A DNA stretch of 64,000 bases, from contig NC_135770.1 of assembly GCF_052425735.1 (NCBI RefSeq), positions 1,798,001-1,862,000 on the forward strand, read 5' to 3'. How positions within the stretch are numbered: the stretch's first letter is position 1; each line of letters begins with the position of its first letter. The translations under genes and the position numbers were made by a program. Source of the stretch: Oculina patagonica (lineage: Eukaryota). The notes under the pieces are model-generated. The model saw only the letters and a program-made list of their open reading frames with translations, was not told the origin of the DNA and made no database searches. Below, one piece after another: positions 60,386 through 64,000 of the stretch.

Positions 60386-63379
60386 TCAATTTTCTTCGTT
60401 TTTCTGCTTTTCGTCTTCTTCAAGTTGCTTCCTGTTTTGACTCTCGAACATTTCTATAAAGAATATTAGGCTTAATTAAAAACTTTCTTCGAGAAGCAAT
60501 GCCTAATTAATCAAATTACTGCTAAGTAAAATCAGACAGAGAACAAAAACGTTCTCTTTTCGCTGAAATCTTTAAATGTGAAGCGATCACGAGACGAGAA
60601 ACTTGATTTTCACTAAAATGTTTTCAGTTCTTTTTGGTCCAAAATTTCTATATTGTACTCGAAATACATAAACTCGAACACTTTGCCATATAGAACAGAA
60701 TTGTTATCACCTTTTGCCCCATTGTTTAAAAATAAATTAGACAAAAAGTAAAGTTCTTTTTCGGACACCGTAACTTGCGAAGAGGAGGGGTACTACTTTC
60801 GAAGGGAGGGGGCGTTGCTTTCAGAACTTTCCAGAGTGTAGTAACGCAATGTGTAACGCAATATTTTCACTCACCGTCACAAACTTTATCCCTGATTTCT
60901 GCTACCTGTTTCTTCAAAGCACTGAATGTGCTTACTCTAATCACATCGTCAGCGGTTGACGCCATTAATAGCAACTCCTCCATGTCCACCTCTTCGCCGA
61001 TTCCCACCGCTAGAATGGTCACGTGCTTTTGTTTCAACGCCATAGATGCGCGCGCAACACCTAGAGCATTCTCTGATTTTCCGTCGGTCACCACAACGAG
61101 AATTTTCGGTACCTCGGGTCGTGAGCCGCCTTTGGTAGAGAAAAGGTCCGTAGGAGCCAGCTGCAGGGCTCGCTCGGTTTTCGTCCCTCCCTCGACAAAC
61201 GGGATGTTATCGATCGTCTCTTTTAGAAGGAGAATGTTGTTGTCAGCACTGAACTGAAAGTCAAAAATCACGGTGGCTTGTGTGGAATAGCGGATGACAC
61301 CAACACGTGTGTCATTACCCGAGATTTCAAAGTTGCTGATTACCTCCCACACAAAGTTCTTGGCTTCTTGAAAGTCGCCCTCGCTAACCGATTCTGAGGA
61401 ATCTACAATGAATGCTAAATCTGTTTTCCCAAGACACACTGAAACAGGATACGAATAAAAAGAAAGAAAAACAGAAACTATTAGTTTGTAAAGAAACTGC
61501 TGAGCTTCGTCGCCGGACAAGTGAAACATTTAGTTAATTATTATTTAAGTTAATAAAGGTAAAGAAATGCCATGACGACTTTGAAAATCTGACGTTTTAA
61601 GCGTTAAAAGCCATCTTCGTTGATCCGCCGGCAGTAGGCTAACTTGCGTTGGAAAACACTAGTTTTAACATTGTAAATTTAACTTTGAGAAAACACAATT
61701 AGCTGAGTAATAACAAGAACTTATTTTGTGTTTCAACTATTTATGTTTATGAAGTTTTACCATCAGTACCGTGGAGTGTTCTTGCTTACCCAAAAATTTT
61801 GAAACGTAAACCTCCTTAAAATGGCCTTGCACACAATAAGTCTCTCCGTAGCTCAGTGGAAAGAGAGCCCGCCCGGTGTGTGGGAGGCCATGGGTTCGAT
61901 TCCCGTCGGGGACCTAGATATTTTCTTTCTCCCACGCTCGTGACACGATAATTAAAACATCTTTTGCACTCATTTACCAAGTTGTTAGTTTCGTACTCAC
62001 GTCTCGTTTTACAAGCGAAAGGCGTCTCCATCACACAGCTTTCGTCGCTCCATTTCCCCCAGTCAGGATCAGCATGAATGGCTACACAATCCTCTTTGCG
62101 ATTTTTAGCGAAAAATGAAGGTTCACCGGGCGCCCATCTACAAAATGATGACAAATAGCTAAAAAATTACATTTCTGGTTTGTACATTTACTTTTCAAAA
62201 TGTTCCAAAGTTATATTAGTTCGTTCGTTCGTTCTTTCGTTCGTTTGTTCTTTCGTCCTGTCGTTCATTCGTTCGTTCATTCGTTCGCTCGTTCGTTTTT
62301 TCCTTCGTTCGTTCTTTCCTTCGTTTGTTCTTTTGTCCTATCGTCCTGTCGTTCGTTCGTTCGTTCGTTCGTTCGTTCGTTCGTTCTTTCCTTCGTTTGT
62401 TCTTTCGTCCTGTCGTTCTGTTTTTGGTTCGTTGGTTCTTTTTTTCGTTCGTTTTTTCCGCCATTCAGGATAGCGCGTTCAAGTTCCTATTCAGCTCTGT
62501 TCTTACCTTGTGAAGGTCACAGGTTTTTTCTTGTCGGTCCATTCGTACACTCCCTGATGACCAAAATCCGAGGCTCCGATCCAAAACTTAGAGAAGCCGA
62601 GAACCCGACGAATTTGTCGGATTCTGTCGGTGACCCATCGGCTCTCTTTCAGAGTTCGGATGCTAAGCAGATGACCTCTTTCCATTTCTTTGCAGTATCT
62701 CTCGGCCTCACTCCAACTTAAGCCATTCCACGGTAAAGGAATAAATTTGTAAATGTAATTCCCCCATTCCCAGCCTGAAATTAAAAAAGCGTGTAAAACA
62801 ATCAATTTTTTATTAAAAATTTCATCAGAAATTGGGAGCAATTTACTGGCAATGTTGCCCCCTGAGCCCTCGATCCACTAGATCAGCATCAGTTTGGTGC
62901 TGTATAAAAGGATCGAAGGCTTTAAATGGTAAGTGTTAAACTGATAAGTAGATTTCAATTGCTATGAACTTCAAGTTTATTGAAAATTGAAATAAATATT
63001 ACTAGCTCCACTCTTATGTAAGGTTTTTTGTGGCGAAGAACTTGTTGAACTGCGTTGTAACGGGTGTCAGGAAAATTAGCCGACCCAGTTTTAATATATT
63101 GTTCAGTTGGCCTGGGGTGGGGTGATCGTTCACGGAGAGCTTGTAAACGACGCGCTCAATTTCCTTGCTTTGTTTCCTTTTTACTCTTTACTTACTGTGA
63201 TCGGGACGGTTAAAAGATGTGTATAGAATAATTACTAAGACCTGCTAACATTATTGCGATCCACCCCTTTGCCAAACGTCAAGCAGTACTTCAAAATAAC
63301 GACCAAGACTTCCAAATTCACACCAAACAACACTTACTGTATCCGAACCTCTTTTTCTGTGTAAGCCTTGGAGGTGGCT
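60386..63379 (-). CDS. C-type lectin domain + von Willebrand factor A domain protein, 5' end not identified
   Basis: Exons (-) 63379-63338, 62774-62507, 62137-62001, 61438-60875, 60453-60386 are phase-compatible. CTL: SWSEAERYC..GHLLSI..FWIGASD..WAPGEPS..EDCV..WSDESC..FAC. vWA: DLAFIVDSSESV (MIDAS), RVGVIRYS, GGTKT, VVVTDG, AVGIG. Confidence 0.88.
61821..61982 (+). mobile_element. tRNA-derived SINE (second family)
   Basis: GTAGCTCAGTGG (A box) ... GGGTTCGATTCCCGTCGGGGAC (B box), followed by a non-tRNA tail TTTTCTTTCTCCCACGCTCGTGAC. Confidence 0.75.
62219..62458. repeat. Imperfect (TTCG)n microsatellite filling an intron of the lectin gene
   Basis: Run of GTTC/TTTC tetramers. Confidence 0.95.
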
Positions 63380-64000
63380 CTACAAAGACACAACAACATA
63401 AATATGGGATGATATGGGGCAAGACGTGTTTCTGCAGTTGATAGGGAATTACATAATCTGACTTGGGAATTCCATCTGGAATGTGCTATACTACGAAATA
63501 TCTCAGCAATTCTATAGTCGCCATCTTTGAGTCCGTTTCCAGAAATTAATATTTCCAAAGTTTTTTGCAACCTCGTTCCCGGGGCTTTTCCCTTGGTAAT
63601 TTGGGAGGAACGAGGTTGAGAGTTTCTAAGACTGTTGAAGATTTACAAGGATTGCCGAGGAAGACCCGAAGATGTTTCGACTTTACATCAACAAATTTCG
63701 TTTTATAGAACATTTACACAAGACAATATGATCAATACGGGGTAATGCTTTGATGATATGATCAATCGCTGTCTCTTTCAACATGAAAAAGACAGGGATG
63801 CTCGTCGCGCTCGCCTCGTTTAGAGGTTTTGGTCTCACTTAAGGCGTTCAGGACAGAACGCCCATATTTTTAGCCTTAACGGTCTCGTTTTGGTTTTGCA
63901 CGTGAGGCCCTCTGGTCGAGGAGGGTAAGAGGGAGGGGCCCCAAGCCACGCTCGTCTTTTCGCTCTATGCCCCACTGGGGTCTGGGGGGCCTGTTCGCAG

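Noticed and set aside
61845-61915. tRNA gene
   Set aside because: A and B boxes are present, but the acceptor and anticodon stems are imperfect and it runs into a SINE tail.
62180-62721. ORFs rich in SFVR/TNER
   Set aside because: They are translations of the (TTCG)n microsatellite.
63440-63570. First exon of the lectin-vWA gene
   Set aside because: The ATGs there hit stops quickly, and no signal peptide with a compatible donor could be read.

Overview
Eukaryotic, intron-rich genomic DNA. The gene and repeat content points to an anthozoan, most likely a scleractinian coral (inference). Most entries in the six-frame ORF track are spurious. Eight protein-coding loci can be reconstructed from splice sites and protein motifs: ABCC10/MRP7 5' part (-, running off the left edge, with an apparent frameshift), head-to-head with an 11-exon tau-tubulin kinase (TTBK, +); a 15-exon TTC8/BBS8 (-) with an RFX X-box-like site in its promoter; an intronless F-box/LRR gene (+); a 6-exon AAR2 (+); an intronless class A GPCR (-); a 2-exon DMRT with DM, DMA and a C-terminal zinc ribbon (+); and the 3' part of a C-type-lectin/vWA gene (-). 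Introns and intergenic DNA are dense in tRNA-derived SINEs, MITEs of several superfamilies (some nested), long perfect hairpins, a Crypton-like deletion derivative, a Helitron/Helentron-like remnant with a 2A-like peptide plus OTU domain, and short hairpin elements with 9-10 bp target duplications. All coordinates and family calls were read by eye, with no database search.
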